The notes below the pieces were generated by a model that was not told where the DNA came from, searched no databases, and was given only the letters and a program-made list of their open reading frames with translations. A program made the position numbers and the translations under genes. From Lingula anatina (taxonomy: Eukaryota > Animalia > Brachiopoda), in the NCBI GenBank assembly GCA_051362555.1, contig CM120646.1:16616001-16680000 (forward strand): a DNA stretch of 64,000 nt, written 5' to 3'. Of this stretch, positions 27,801-39,082 are shown piece after piece (within the stretch, counting starts at the first letter, position 1; each line of letters begins with the position of its first letter).

Positions 27801-30800
27801 GAAAGATTCCCGCTTTAATCCCAGAAGCATGCTTTGCTATAATTTGTGTTAACATACACTGTGCGAACATTATACTGAAATCACTATATCACTTACCTTG
27901 TAAAACGATGACCGTCTGCCCCGTGTTTAGTGATCTATATTATTGTCTCTTGCTGTTTTAGTATTGAGTAAAACACGAAGAAAAAGCTTGCCGTGCGAGC
28001 TTTTCTGCCATTAATACTGCGTTATAGGTCAATGCTAGAGAATCGGCGCGAAAGATATCCCATTACATACTATCTGCGCATGCGCAAGGCCAGGCGGTTA
28101 AAAATGCGCGGACTGTAAGTCTGTGTAGGCCGGTTACAGTATATAATTTCCAAGCCACCGTATTGATTATGGTCGACTTCTTTGCAAGATGGCATTTGTT
28201 GCGGCGATAATTTAACTGAGGAGGATGAAGAGAATGAGTAAATGCATCAGGTAGGTCTAATATAACATTTGAATCAATCATAATAAGGGAACAAACAACC
28301 GTGTCACGGACGCCCAAGATGGGTTTTATGCACGAAGAACAGACCGTGCTGAAAAAAGATTATCACGATCGTGAAACAGTTGTTAATCAAACACTCTGTC
28401 CTATTTATTAGAACACTGCAAAAAGTTTACGTCAAAGTACGGCCCCGCGTACAAGTAAAGATTCTGTACATGTATATAACTGGCCTGTATTAATCCCATA
28501 GAGTCGACCTACATTCCTTGACCTAAATTCCAGGCAGGGTTATATAATCAATGCACTGGTTCACTCGCAGGGTTCATACAGCACTTTAAGTGCTTGAATC
28601 TAGTATATATTGCCCCTTGTACATGTATTCAGTCTGTTTATGACTTTAAAAGTACTTGAAATTGTTATTAGCCTTACAAAGGGCTTGTATTTATCATTTT
28701 TCCCTAAAAAATTCTGGGATTTGATCAGTTAGAAATTTGTCGAATGATTATTTCAAACCTTGTTTTTAACCTGAATGTAGACATGCTGGGGGAATGCCCT
28801 TTTTAATCTGTCAATTTTTTTCTCATGTTTCTTTATCATTAAAATACAAAGTTTGTGTGAATGATGCACCTCTTTTCTATGCAAACTTAAAAATGACAGT
28901 ATGGCGCATTGAGTTATTGAAAAGTTATTGATTTAGAGCCTCAGAAGTCATTCAATTTGCTTTTGTGTTGCTGTATGAACCCTAAGCAGTAATCATTAAT
29001 ATCTTCATCATTGCATGTAGTTATTTCAGCATTCATATTTTCATTAATGAAAACTGTTTGTATGATATTACACTAAAATAATTCACTATCTTAAAATATC
29101 TATTTCTTTTCCAGATGCTATTAAAAGACAGGCTGTCTGAACAGCACATAAAACAAACAAACAAAGTGGATGGACTAAGGCAAAAAAAATTGGAAGAGAA
29201 GAATGGGGTATGTAATACAGGAGCTTATGTAAGTTCTGTACAAGGCCCAATCAAGTTGCCTAGCAGTAATCATGAATGCATATTTTCATCATTACTTGTA
29301 GCTATTTCATTATTCATATTTCCCTAATTGAAAACTTTTTGCATGATATTACACTCAAATAATTCACTCTTTTAATTTATTTACCAGGTGCCATTAAAAG
29401 ATACTACAGATCTGAAAAGTAGGAGGATGTTCTAAAACAAGCAAAAGGACTGGATGAGCTGAAACAAAAAATATGGAAAAGAAGGAAGGAGGTACTATTA
29501 TAGAATCATGTTTAAACCTTGTAAAATCTCTCTTTTAAGCATTTGATGGCTTTAAGTCCATAGTTTGAAAATACTTCTAACATCATAAAAGTTGCCATTG
29601 TTTTTATCATATTTGATTAGCATTAAAATGAACTGTTATCCAAAACAGCATTTATCATTGCATGCATCCTATTTTTCAGGAGGCAAAAGGCAAAGATTTG
29701 GGCAGGCAAAGTGTTCACTTGACAGACGATTCCAGGAAAACTACTCCCAGGAGAGCGGGAAGTTACGCATATATAGTAGGACTAGTGGATCTGGCTGAAA
29801 GTACATTTAGAGAACATTTCCTGGGCCTTTCTTGGATTATCAAAACAAAAAATCAAATTTCCTTGGATTATCAAAAAACTTTCAAAAGACAAGCGCAACC
29901 AGCACAAAAATGTTATAATGGAATAAATTATTAAAATTTATACCATGTGTTGTTCTGTTTATCAATATATTATTAAATCGCCGCAATAAATATTACATTA
30001 AAATACGTAACAAAAGAAGGTAAAATGCAGTCTTTTCTTAAATGAAAAGGTTTTAAAAGGTTATCTTTTGTATCTGAAAAGTTGCACAAAAGGCATCTGA
30101 AAGTTGGACTTTTTAGCAGGAAAAGGTAGAGAAATATGGGTCATTCATATGCCTTTTAGCATGCAAAAAGTTGATGAATGATGAACTTGAGAATACCTTT
30201 TCTTCAAGCAAAAGATCGTCTTTTTGCAGCAAAAGGTTTATGAAAGTTAAACTTTTGTGTAGAGAAAAGGTGAAGAAAAGTGGGCCATTTGTATACCTTT
30301 TCACTTATACAAAAGTCATTCAAAAGATCGTCTTTTACACCTTTCCTAAAAAAACGAAAGGTCTAGGAAAGGTGTGAGAAGGTGAATAAAAGGAGGCCTT
30401 TTGATCGCCTTTCAAGATTTATAAAAGCTGATTTTTCATGCAGTGTATTATTTTGGATCCTAGGGCACACGTAGATAAACGACGGACTTCTACACGTACC
30501 ATTTTACAAACGCCTGATGGTCGCCCTGTGGTAATAGGCCTACAACTAAATTGACCGTGCGCACCTTTGTTTATCTATTTATGTGTTATCCCCAGTGACC
30601 TACTGGAATAAATGTTGTTTTTTTCTACTACCTGAGCAATGATGAAAAAAATACTGGAATCCTCCACTAAAACCAAAACCCTCTTCGCAGTTTGACATGC
30701 TGTTGTCCATATAGCAAGTACCCGTTCCTACAGACCACGTGACCGACACGCATTTGTCTTCTGCTGCGCAAGCATCCACGCACTGCTTCACGTGACTGAC

Positions 30801-30987
30801 ATTAATGTGCCTGTACGCTTTGGTATAGAGATGGTCTGTGCGGACTTGTAAAACGGTCTCTGGAACTAAAAATTGGATGATATTCGACGCTTGTTAATTA
30901 AGCTAGCACAGAAAAAGACAGAAAGAACTAATAAAAGTAATCAAAAGAACTTCTGCACGTGTGCTACCTTTGGAATAATTTTAATTG

Positions 30988-31042
<55 letters not shown>

Positions 31043-31790
31043 CAACTCTTACTGCCGCAGACAGGTACTGTTCCCATCCACTCCTTATTGTCAAGACATG
31101 TCAACGTTGAATCCCCATACACCATCATAAATGGCAGCTCACACGAGATTTGAACGATAGTGAACGACTGGACGATATCTGACGCTTTCACAACTTTATT
31201 TTCACCGCTTGTCTTTGCTTTTGAGTGGGGCACATCGGGAAGTCGACATTCTACAGTGGAGTCAAGGCATTTTGGTATCGATATCAGACATAAAATAAAC
31301 AGGCAACCCCACAGACCATGTAAGTTATGGACATTGATTTAAGAAAAACGTGTATAAATGTGGATGTAAATAGAGTTGATGTTACGAGTCATATCATTAA
31401 AAAAAGTGTAGGATATTAATTAACCGGTTAAATAAGTCAAAATGTTAGGGTAGACCTTGGACATAATAAAAGTGTATTCTTTTTTATGTCCAAGGGTAGA
31501 CTTATCAAAGGGCAGACGCACACTGAGAGCTGCGAGCTCAGCTTTTGTTCTGCTTTTTCTATATTTGTTTAATAATTTCAGCTCATGACATGCAAATCAC
31601 GATCAAACAGCTTTCTAATCAAACTGAGGAAAAAAGAACCCCCAAAACCAGTCCAGGACGGTAGCTGAGCCTGTAACTTATAGTGTGCGTCGACTTAAAG
31701 TGCATAAAGTTCACTACCTCCATCTGTGAAATCCTGTTGATGTACAATCAGGAACATGATAGTTGCGATAACGGTTATCATGGACATCAT
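20326..31790 (-). CDS. Type I membrane protein with 7 CCP/sushi domains, a PAN/Apple domain and a Tyr-motif cytoplasmic tail, 780 aa
   Basis: Exons (minus) 31790-31718 (signal peptide), 31250-31053 (CCP), 30865-30632 (PAN: CVDACAAEDKCVSVTW..CYM), 25193-25140 (half-EGF CGCYKGRCGKTC), 23433-23266 (CCP), 22972-21953 (5 CCP), 21622-21578 (stalk), 21051-20961 (TM VGGLTAAVLVIAFIVGIALYV), 20785-20326 (tail). All GT-AG, phases consistent, 2343 nt. Confidence 0.85.
21790..21829. repeat. (CT)n microsatellite
   Basis: Direct read. Confidence 0.95.
23673..25058 (-). mobile_element. Full-length Tc1-family DNA transposon (DD34E), inactive, intronic
   Basis: 29-bp perfect TIRs CACACACTGGACAAAAGAAGTGTCACCCC with TA target duplications at 23671-72 and 25059-60. 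Confidence 0.95.
23846..24876 (-). pseudogene. Tc1 transposase pseudogene
   Basis: Fragments GRPRK, FSDECRF, MVWGCIS and QDDNAPCH..PDANIIEN (34 residues between the second D and the E), broken by stops and frameshifts. Confidence 0.92.
25620..30445. mobile_element. Non-autonomous CACTA/EnSpm-like element (CACTG ends), 4.8 kb, intronic
   Basis: 25-bp TIRs CACTGCATGAAAAA(A/T)CA(C/G)CTTTTAT, 3-bp TSD TAT (25617-19 and 30446-48), and subterminal regions dense in AAAAGG/CCTTTT motifs. No intact transposase. Confidence 0.85.
27328..27542 (-). mobile_element. PIF/Harbinger-like MITE, copy 2, nested in the CACTG element
   Basis: Reverse complement of the 34128 copy; flanked by TAA on both sides. 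Confidence 0.85.
30991..31040. repeat. (GA)n microsatellite
   Basis: Direct read. Confidence 0.95.
31456..31494. mobile_element. 39-bp miniature inverted-repeat insertion with a 7-bp direct repeat
   Basis: CTTGGACATAA..TTATGTCCAAG flanked by GGTAGAC at 31449-55 and 31495-501. Confidence 0.55.
31510..31694. mobile_element. Degenerate MITE in the first coding intron of the CCP receptor
   Basis: Imperfect inverted ends of about 30 bp: GACGCACACT..GCTCAGCT / AGCTGAGC..AGTGTGCGTC. Confidence 0.5.
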
Positions 31791-33304
31791 TTTCGTCTGT
31801 CATCACTGAAATTGAATGTTTTTTAGGGTTTTTCAGCTCTCTCCTTCTAGGCACCGCAACAAAATATGGAGGCCACGTCGCTTAACACCAGGAAAGATTC
31901 CAAGTTCATACCCAGTTTCGAACTACATATTTCATCGCATATATACAACGTTACAAAAATCCTCCATCTGGATATATGAAGGCGGTCTCGGCAGATAGTT
32001 ATCGGTGATATGAGTCTGGTTTAACATATGTGCCCACTTTTATCTCCACCGCGCTATCATTTATATAGATATACGAAAGTGTGATATGTTCATGTACAGA
32101 ATTCAACATGATAACATTCTAATTATATTACAGTTATTCAATCCTGGTTACATGTTGCCATTCGAAGTCATGTCATATTTAACAATGAGAATCCAACGTA
32201 ATCAGTTCGAGGATTTCCAATTCTTTCTAAGAGTAAAGGTTGTATTTTTTGTAACAAGCAAGCCGTGCGTGCATTCGATTCTGCGTATTTTCAAAACACT
32301 TAATCAATTTCTTAAAGAAATTCATTCGTCTTTATTTTATTTTATTTTTTTTTAATTATTTAATTTTCAATACTTTTAAAAGCTTTTTTAATCAACTCCG
32401 CTTTCCCAGGGTAATTGATTCTCGATATTGTATATTTCATAGATCTGTTTGTTAAATAAATAAATAAACATTTTAGTTTTATCTTATATTTTTTATTTCT
32501 ATCAAAGGGAAAACGCGATTTATTATCCTCATACTGCAAGAAAGGTTCATAGAACTAAAACACAGCTCTAGTTTAAAAGCCAGTTAAAGTGGATTCTTTT
32601 TTTTTTTAATTTTTATTTCTCTTTTTAAATTTTTACAAATTAGCATTTCTTGGTGTTAGAATCAATTCCCGTGGGACTGAAGCCCTCTGCTAGTCTTATT
32701 TTCTGAATGGCCACAATAACAGTTATATAGTGTCAAATGCATATGGCGATGACTGTGTTGTTAAGCATCATATGATATTGCACCAAAACATATTGCACAC
32801 TCTCATTGTTAAAATGGCCGTTCATTATTTTTAGACAGCTTCAGTGCGACCGTAACTATCAGTTTGGTCATTTATATATCCGGGCAGTTGACAGCGTTCC
32901 TGTTTTGTTACCCTATGGAACTGATTAATTGATGAATTGATTGATTCATTTGTAATTTTTGTGTTCGTTGATAAAAGACAGTGATATCCATCAAGATTCG
33001 TGATGCTAAAAGTTGTCAAGTTTTCACATAAAGCAAATCCAAACTTTCGTATAAAAAGCCATTCCTTGTAATGAATATGTCCCATTGAGGCTTAGTCTTT
33101 ACTTCCCTCAGGATTGCAGTTCTATTCTAATTTCAAATGAAAGCGCATTTTTTTATATAGCAACGTTGAAGAAATCCTGTTGTCCCAATCTCATCAAAAT
33201 TAATTAATTATTTAAATTAATTATCGAGCGTTTTCTTATCTGGATAATGTGTAAGGTATGAAAAGGAAACGGTTTGATATTTTTCGTAACTGAGTGGTTA
33301 TGAA

Positions 33305-35109
33305 TCAACAGGAAAGTTCAAAGTGAATCTTTGTCTTAAATATGCCTTCTGTCTCGCGTGGCGCCATCTGGTGAGCTCCATTATAGTCTTCATTACGATC
33401 CGTGCATTCACACTGTAATGAGCTGGGCTCTATTATCTCATACGCGCATGTGTCGTATTCGTCCTCGTCACATTCGTGCACGTGGGCGCACGCACGTTCA
33501 GTTTCAGCGACGTTGGTGTAAGCATAAAATATCGTGTTCTTTTCAACCTCCGATCCAATAAGATCTAGATAAGGATGATAATCCGGGTCACTAGAGGCAC
33601 GCCCAACTTCAACATTTATATCCGTAGTTTCGTTTTGCTTGCATTTTGCCACTTTTGGATTCAGAGTCGAGCTGTACTTGCAGCGCGTAGGGCTACATTC
33701 GTGGTGCCCGCAAACATCCCCTTCCTGCTTGACAGTGCTGCTGAGGCTCAGATGAGAAGGACTTAAAGAGCTGGTGCTCGCCAACATGTGTGGGATTCCG
33801 CGTATTTCAGTCCTTGCGTAAGTTGACCGACGTTTCATGTGTCTACAGGGGGTGGAAGGTGTCGCCCTCTTTTTGCTGAAACATGAAATGCTATTTTAAG
33901 GAGGAGCTTTTTTTATTGAAAAAGGGGTCTTATTCAGTCATTGTATGACTTTTTATGCCATAACAAAAAATGACAAGGGCCTACATCTTTTTTTTTTCAC
34001 GAAAGCCAAAGTTAGAAAGGATAATAATGGTGGTATTTGGAAATGAATTTTGGAGACACTGTTCTTAAATGAACACACCATTTTGGATACACTGTTTGAA
34101 ATGAATGAATAAATGACTTGTATCTTAGACCCCATTCCTAGAGATTAGATCGATCCAACTAGATCGACCTAACTCCCTGGGGGTTCACGCTAAATAGCTG
34201 TCAGCCGAGCGGGCACGAAAGTTAATTACCCCCTTACAGCTTGTAGTAGGCGGGCCGGACATTTAAGCCGGATTATCTGACAGTAATCTAGTGAGACTCC
34301 CCACGGGGATAGATCGAACTAAAATCTATGGGAATGCACCCTAAGACGTGATTTCGCTCCTGTAGTTTGTCATCTATGCCTTAATGCTAAGCTTAAACGA
34401 ATTTTGCAACTTTTCTAAAAACAAACATCCCAACATGCAACTACATACGCACAATGGATATTATTTTCCGTATGCTCTCAGTTATATGTATTTAATATAC
34501 TTGACAGACCACTTACCATTTACAGCAGACGATTGTGACCAGGACACCAAGAACCACGCCCACTGGGAAAGACACGCCCACGGCAATTGCTGCAGCGGCC
34601 CCTACCGTGCAATAAAAGTTATTCAGCCAATCATTTTTTTTTTCTGAGTAATTAATGTCAACGTGATTTTGAAGTTGGGCTAAAAAAAATCTTAGAATTT
34701 TAATGGGAAAATACTAGATAATTAATAAAAATAGTAACGATAAAAAACATTTCATTATTCTACAAGCGCGCCTACCTACTGAAAGATGTGAGTTTCCTTC
34801 ATACTGGTATACTTCTGCTGTCTTTGGCATGTTAGTAACAGATGTTTCATTGTCATCGACTTCAATTTCCGATTCCTCCCAATACGACATTTGTAGCTTT
34901 GGTAATCGATCAGGCGGTGACCATGAATGTGGAGATTTTGTTATCGGTACATCTTGTCCTCCTATGTTAATTTGTGACGTACTCCATAGCTGATTTTCTG
35001 CTGGCGTCATGATGACGTCACTGGAGCTGAGACAGACCCCAGACAGGACGATGGCCCACTGGAGCAACGATGCAGGCAATACCGTCATAGGGATGCACGG
35101 TTCTTTCAT
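33305..35109 (-). CDS. Orphan single-pass membrane protein with a short ectodomain and a long Tyr-rich tail, 329 aa
   Basis: Exons 35109-34776 (signal-like TVLPASLLQWAIVLSGVCLSSS plus short ectodomain), 34601-34517 (TM AAAIAVGVSFPVGVVLGVLVTIVCC), 33875-33305 (tail). Phases 1 and 2 consistent, 990 nt. A probable 5' UTR exon ends at the CAG|GTGAGT donor at 36854. Confidence 0.75.
34128..34341 (+). mobile_element. PIF/Harbinger-like MITE, copy 3
   Basis: GACCCCATTCCTAGA..TGGGAATGCACCC with TTA/TAA flanks. Confidence 0.85.
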
Positions 35110-35236
35110 TCTGGCTGAAAATGTTTGTATTATTAGATAAAGGGCATCAAAGTTAAAAACTGAGACAAAAACGGTTTAATGATGATACAAAAGGATATTG
35201 ATTTTCTAATTGTTCAATCATTTTGTACGCAAAAAC

Positions 35237-35281
<45 letters not shown>

Positions 35282-38200
35282 GCAGAGAGCGCTTTTGTTG
35301 ATCATTTACGAGAAAAAATACATGTAGCTGGTAATAAAGAATAGGTTCTCTCTTCGCGCAAAACAATTCTGACATGAGAAAAAACTGCGTATTCGTTCAC
35401 TAAATCGCTATAAGTTATCGTGATGATGAAATGTGTGATGTCACTATAGATCAAACCCTGACCATTATCTCGTGACAAGTGGAACGTCTTCTCGCTGAAG
35501 CTTGGTTTTCTCATCTATCACAATGGTACTTAAGTTTTTTTAAAGGGAAAGTGCAATTTAATGGTAACAACGATAATATTGACCGAATCCTGTCCTCTTT
35601 TATATCCTATCCTATCCTACTAAATATCAATACTAAATATCGTTGCCTGGAGCCTTGGTGTGTGACACGAAACATTAATTTTATCTCTGACAAGTTAGAT
35701 TAAAGATGAGCCTTAATTAGACACGGCGTGAATTATGCGAATGTATGAATTACCCCAGCAACAGTTATACCCCTCCTCCCAGCTTCCTGTCCGCGGGCAA
35801 GTAGGAGATATGTATTCTGATATTTACACCAAGGTCACAGATTGATTTTTCTCTAGATATTCACAGATATCTTTCTGGCTAATTCAGGACACACTTCTTT
35901 ACTGTGACGAGAATTATAGTACGGAATTAATTACATCATTCAGTTGGACTCTAATATAGAGTCCCTGCCCCTGTACGCCGTGCAGTCGTGTTTTAGAAAC
36001 GTAGTCCTACCAACTATGTAGTATGTTAAGTGCAGTGTCTACATCTTTGACAGCAATGGGATTACAATTTTTTTGGGTGTTATTTTATTTTTTCTTATTA
36101 TTTTTACGAAATACATGCTTCATTGGGTTCTGTAAAATACGAATTGATGTTAATACGTGATCTTATCTGAGGGCAGACTGACTACTTAATGGTTGTATCC
36201 TATACGCAATGTATTGACTCTTTCTGTGGTGAAATATTTTCAGAAAAAAAATGTAAACAAACACACACGGCGTTTAAATACGTCTCCCATTAGGACCACT
36301 GCAATTTTCAGATTCCCCGCCAGTTTAAAAACCTTTTATAATAGATTTTCATTTTGGTAGGGCCCACTCGGCACTGTTCTCCCTAACCTTTAATTTCCTC
36401 TTCCTTTTGACACACACACTCACACACACATACACACACACACACACAACAAAAACAGTCCAATTTATCTTTAATCACACTATGATTATAATATTAACCC
36501 CTACTTTGAAGGTACCATTGTGCTGAATGCGATTTTTTCATTTTTATTTTTTGAAACCTGCGGGGTCCATTTCTGTCTCGCGTGTCCACAATCAAAAAGG
36601 AAGTTCTAGACAGAAATCTTATCTGCTTACTTGTCCCAATATACAGCATACGACAGCATTGGGGTTTATTAATTTAAATAACTCAAATGTGTTTGGGAAA
36701 AAATGATGGATTTCAGCACAAAAGGATTCTCAGCCTGAAAAACACGTACTAGTAACGGCATAATGAACTGCTTTGGTATACACTATTGGTTAATTACTAC
36801 AATAAACTTTTTAAAAACATTCTACCAAATACTTAGGCCAATGTCCTACTCACCTGTTGGACCTAGACAGGTACTCGGCCTGCCGCTGAAGAAACTGAAA
36901 ATCCAGAGTGCAACTTCATGGAGATCCTCACTAGTTGGGAAATAAACTGGGCCGAGATTCCGTTCATCGATATGCCGGTTGTTCCACAACGCTTTTTCAA
37001 TGCCTTTAAGTCCGTAGACTAGAAAAGCAAAAAGTGCTTGTCCACCGTGCCTTTAGTAACGTCGAACGCTAGTGACAGTGAAGTGGAACTGCTGAACTGC
37101 ACCATCTTTAATACGATGTCGTCCGGCGCGTCACAGATAACATCGATAATATGTTAATAATTACTGACAACTTGTAATTAGATCTGACGAGGCCGCCTGC
37201 TTCACAAAGGGACGAAAGCCGATAGTTGGTCCTAAGTTTGAGGTAGAGAGGGAAAGCATGTTTAAACCCAAGATAAATCAGTAGTTCTCCACTGAAATAA
37301 CACAATTTCTGGTCTAAACATAAATCATTGCATATTTTCTGCAAATTGATCGTAATATGTTGGACTATCGCAGTTATATCCTGTGCCACTGTTTTAACTC
37401 CTTGACCAAAATAAACCAACGTTTCTCCTTTCAGATTTATGAACAAGCTCTCGCTATTCTTTCGTGAAACCGTTTCCAGGTTCGAGTAGAAAGGTTGCAT
37501 TTGTATGGGGCACACGGGAGCAGCGAATTCAAACTCTAGGTGGCCGACTCCGCCCTCCCCCCCCCCCCCCCCCCCCCCCTTAGTACGACATACTAGTAAG
37601 ACAATGATTCCTTTTCGTATACTCCGGGGCGAAGGAGACAAACTGATACATCTGATAAGGAAGACACATAAAAAAACAAGTATTGCTTTCAATATGTTTA
37701 ATAATACAAGCACTGCATTGTGTTTATATAACATTGTCAATTTCACAGAAATGCGACCTGTCTCTGTTCACATTGTGCTCAGAGAAATAATCAAATAATT
37801 GGCAAAAAATTGTAAATATCGCCTCCGCTCAATGTGATATACAAAGAGATTTAATACTGAATTGGCAATGGAGGCAGCACACAAACACACTTCAAAAAAA
37901 ATTGCAAAAGTAAGCTCACCATTTCAAAATTTCGTTAATATACCTGAAGTCGCAAATAAATTATCAATTTCAATTTGTTTATTATATTCTGTAAAAGAAT
38001 TCCATCTTCAATCCTTCAAATAATAACGACGGTTAATTTACTAATTCAACCCATCTAATTCTTAAACGAATAAAATTTCTTAATCAATTAGTTCATAAAT
38101 TAATTCATATAAGGATTCCATGTAGGCCTATCCTCAACCTGTATATGGGTATAATACGTCATCATATGTATAAATTACGTCATCTTATGCATAAAATACA

Positions 38201-39082
38201 TCATTAAAGCGGAGCAACTTCTGGGATATGAACATACTAAAAGGCTAAATGATTCACAAAACACTCTTAATATATACACTTGTCTTGACTCACATTCAAT
38301 CGTTTTGTTGAAATATAAGTTATGACACAGGCCTGTAGCCAGTGATGTCAAGGAGGAGAGGTTATTTTTTTTAACCAAAGTGGACCCATGACACCCATCA
38401 GTGACCCAGCCTGAGAAATTCCATACACTTTTTTAGATCAAATTTGAATTCAGAGTGGATCTTTTCCAACCGAAAGGACGGTTTTTTCGAATCCTCCGAG
38501 CTCCTGCCTATAGTCCTGACGTATCACACTTTCAACAAATATGGTATTTTCATATTTATTATAGTCTTTTTAATTATAGATTATTCACTAACAAATGTCT
38601 TGAGTGTGGTTTAAATAAAAGTCCGGATATCATGGCTTATAACATTCAAAAACGTCTGATTATGAAAAGGTGTGACATGTTAGGCCAACATTTTTATATG
38701 AAGAATGTATAGCCTTTTTGACAATGGCGTACTTCAATTTGGGAATAATGCGCAGTGCTATGAAAGCATTCAATTACTAATAGTTTAAAATATAAATAGG
38801 CCTACTCTCTCTTTTTATAAAACAGGCGTAATTCCATTTAACTGGACTACTCGTAATTAATTCTTGGCCGAGATAGACCAGAATTTTACTTTAAAAGAAT
38901 CAGACTAATTTTCTGTTAAATGTTCTTTGCAGAACAGTGCAAAAACTCTCGATAGTGCGTGCTCCTGCAAAAAAAAAAAAAAAATAAATAAATAAAATAA
39001 AATAAACCCCTAACAATCCGACTTTCTACATTCTAAGTTCTCGCATTCTTATCGTCAAACATTATCTAACAAACCAGCTTAA

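Noticed and set aside
37108-37798. 212-aa and 97-aa overlapping ORFs
   Set aside because: No domain, spans a poly-C run, no consistent splice partners; likely chance.
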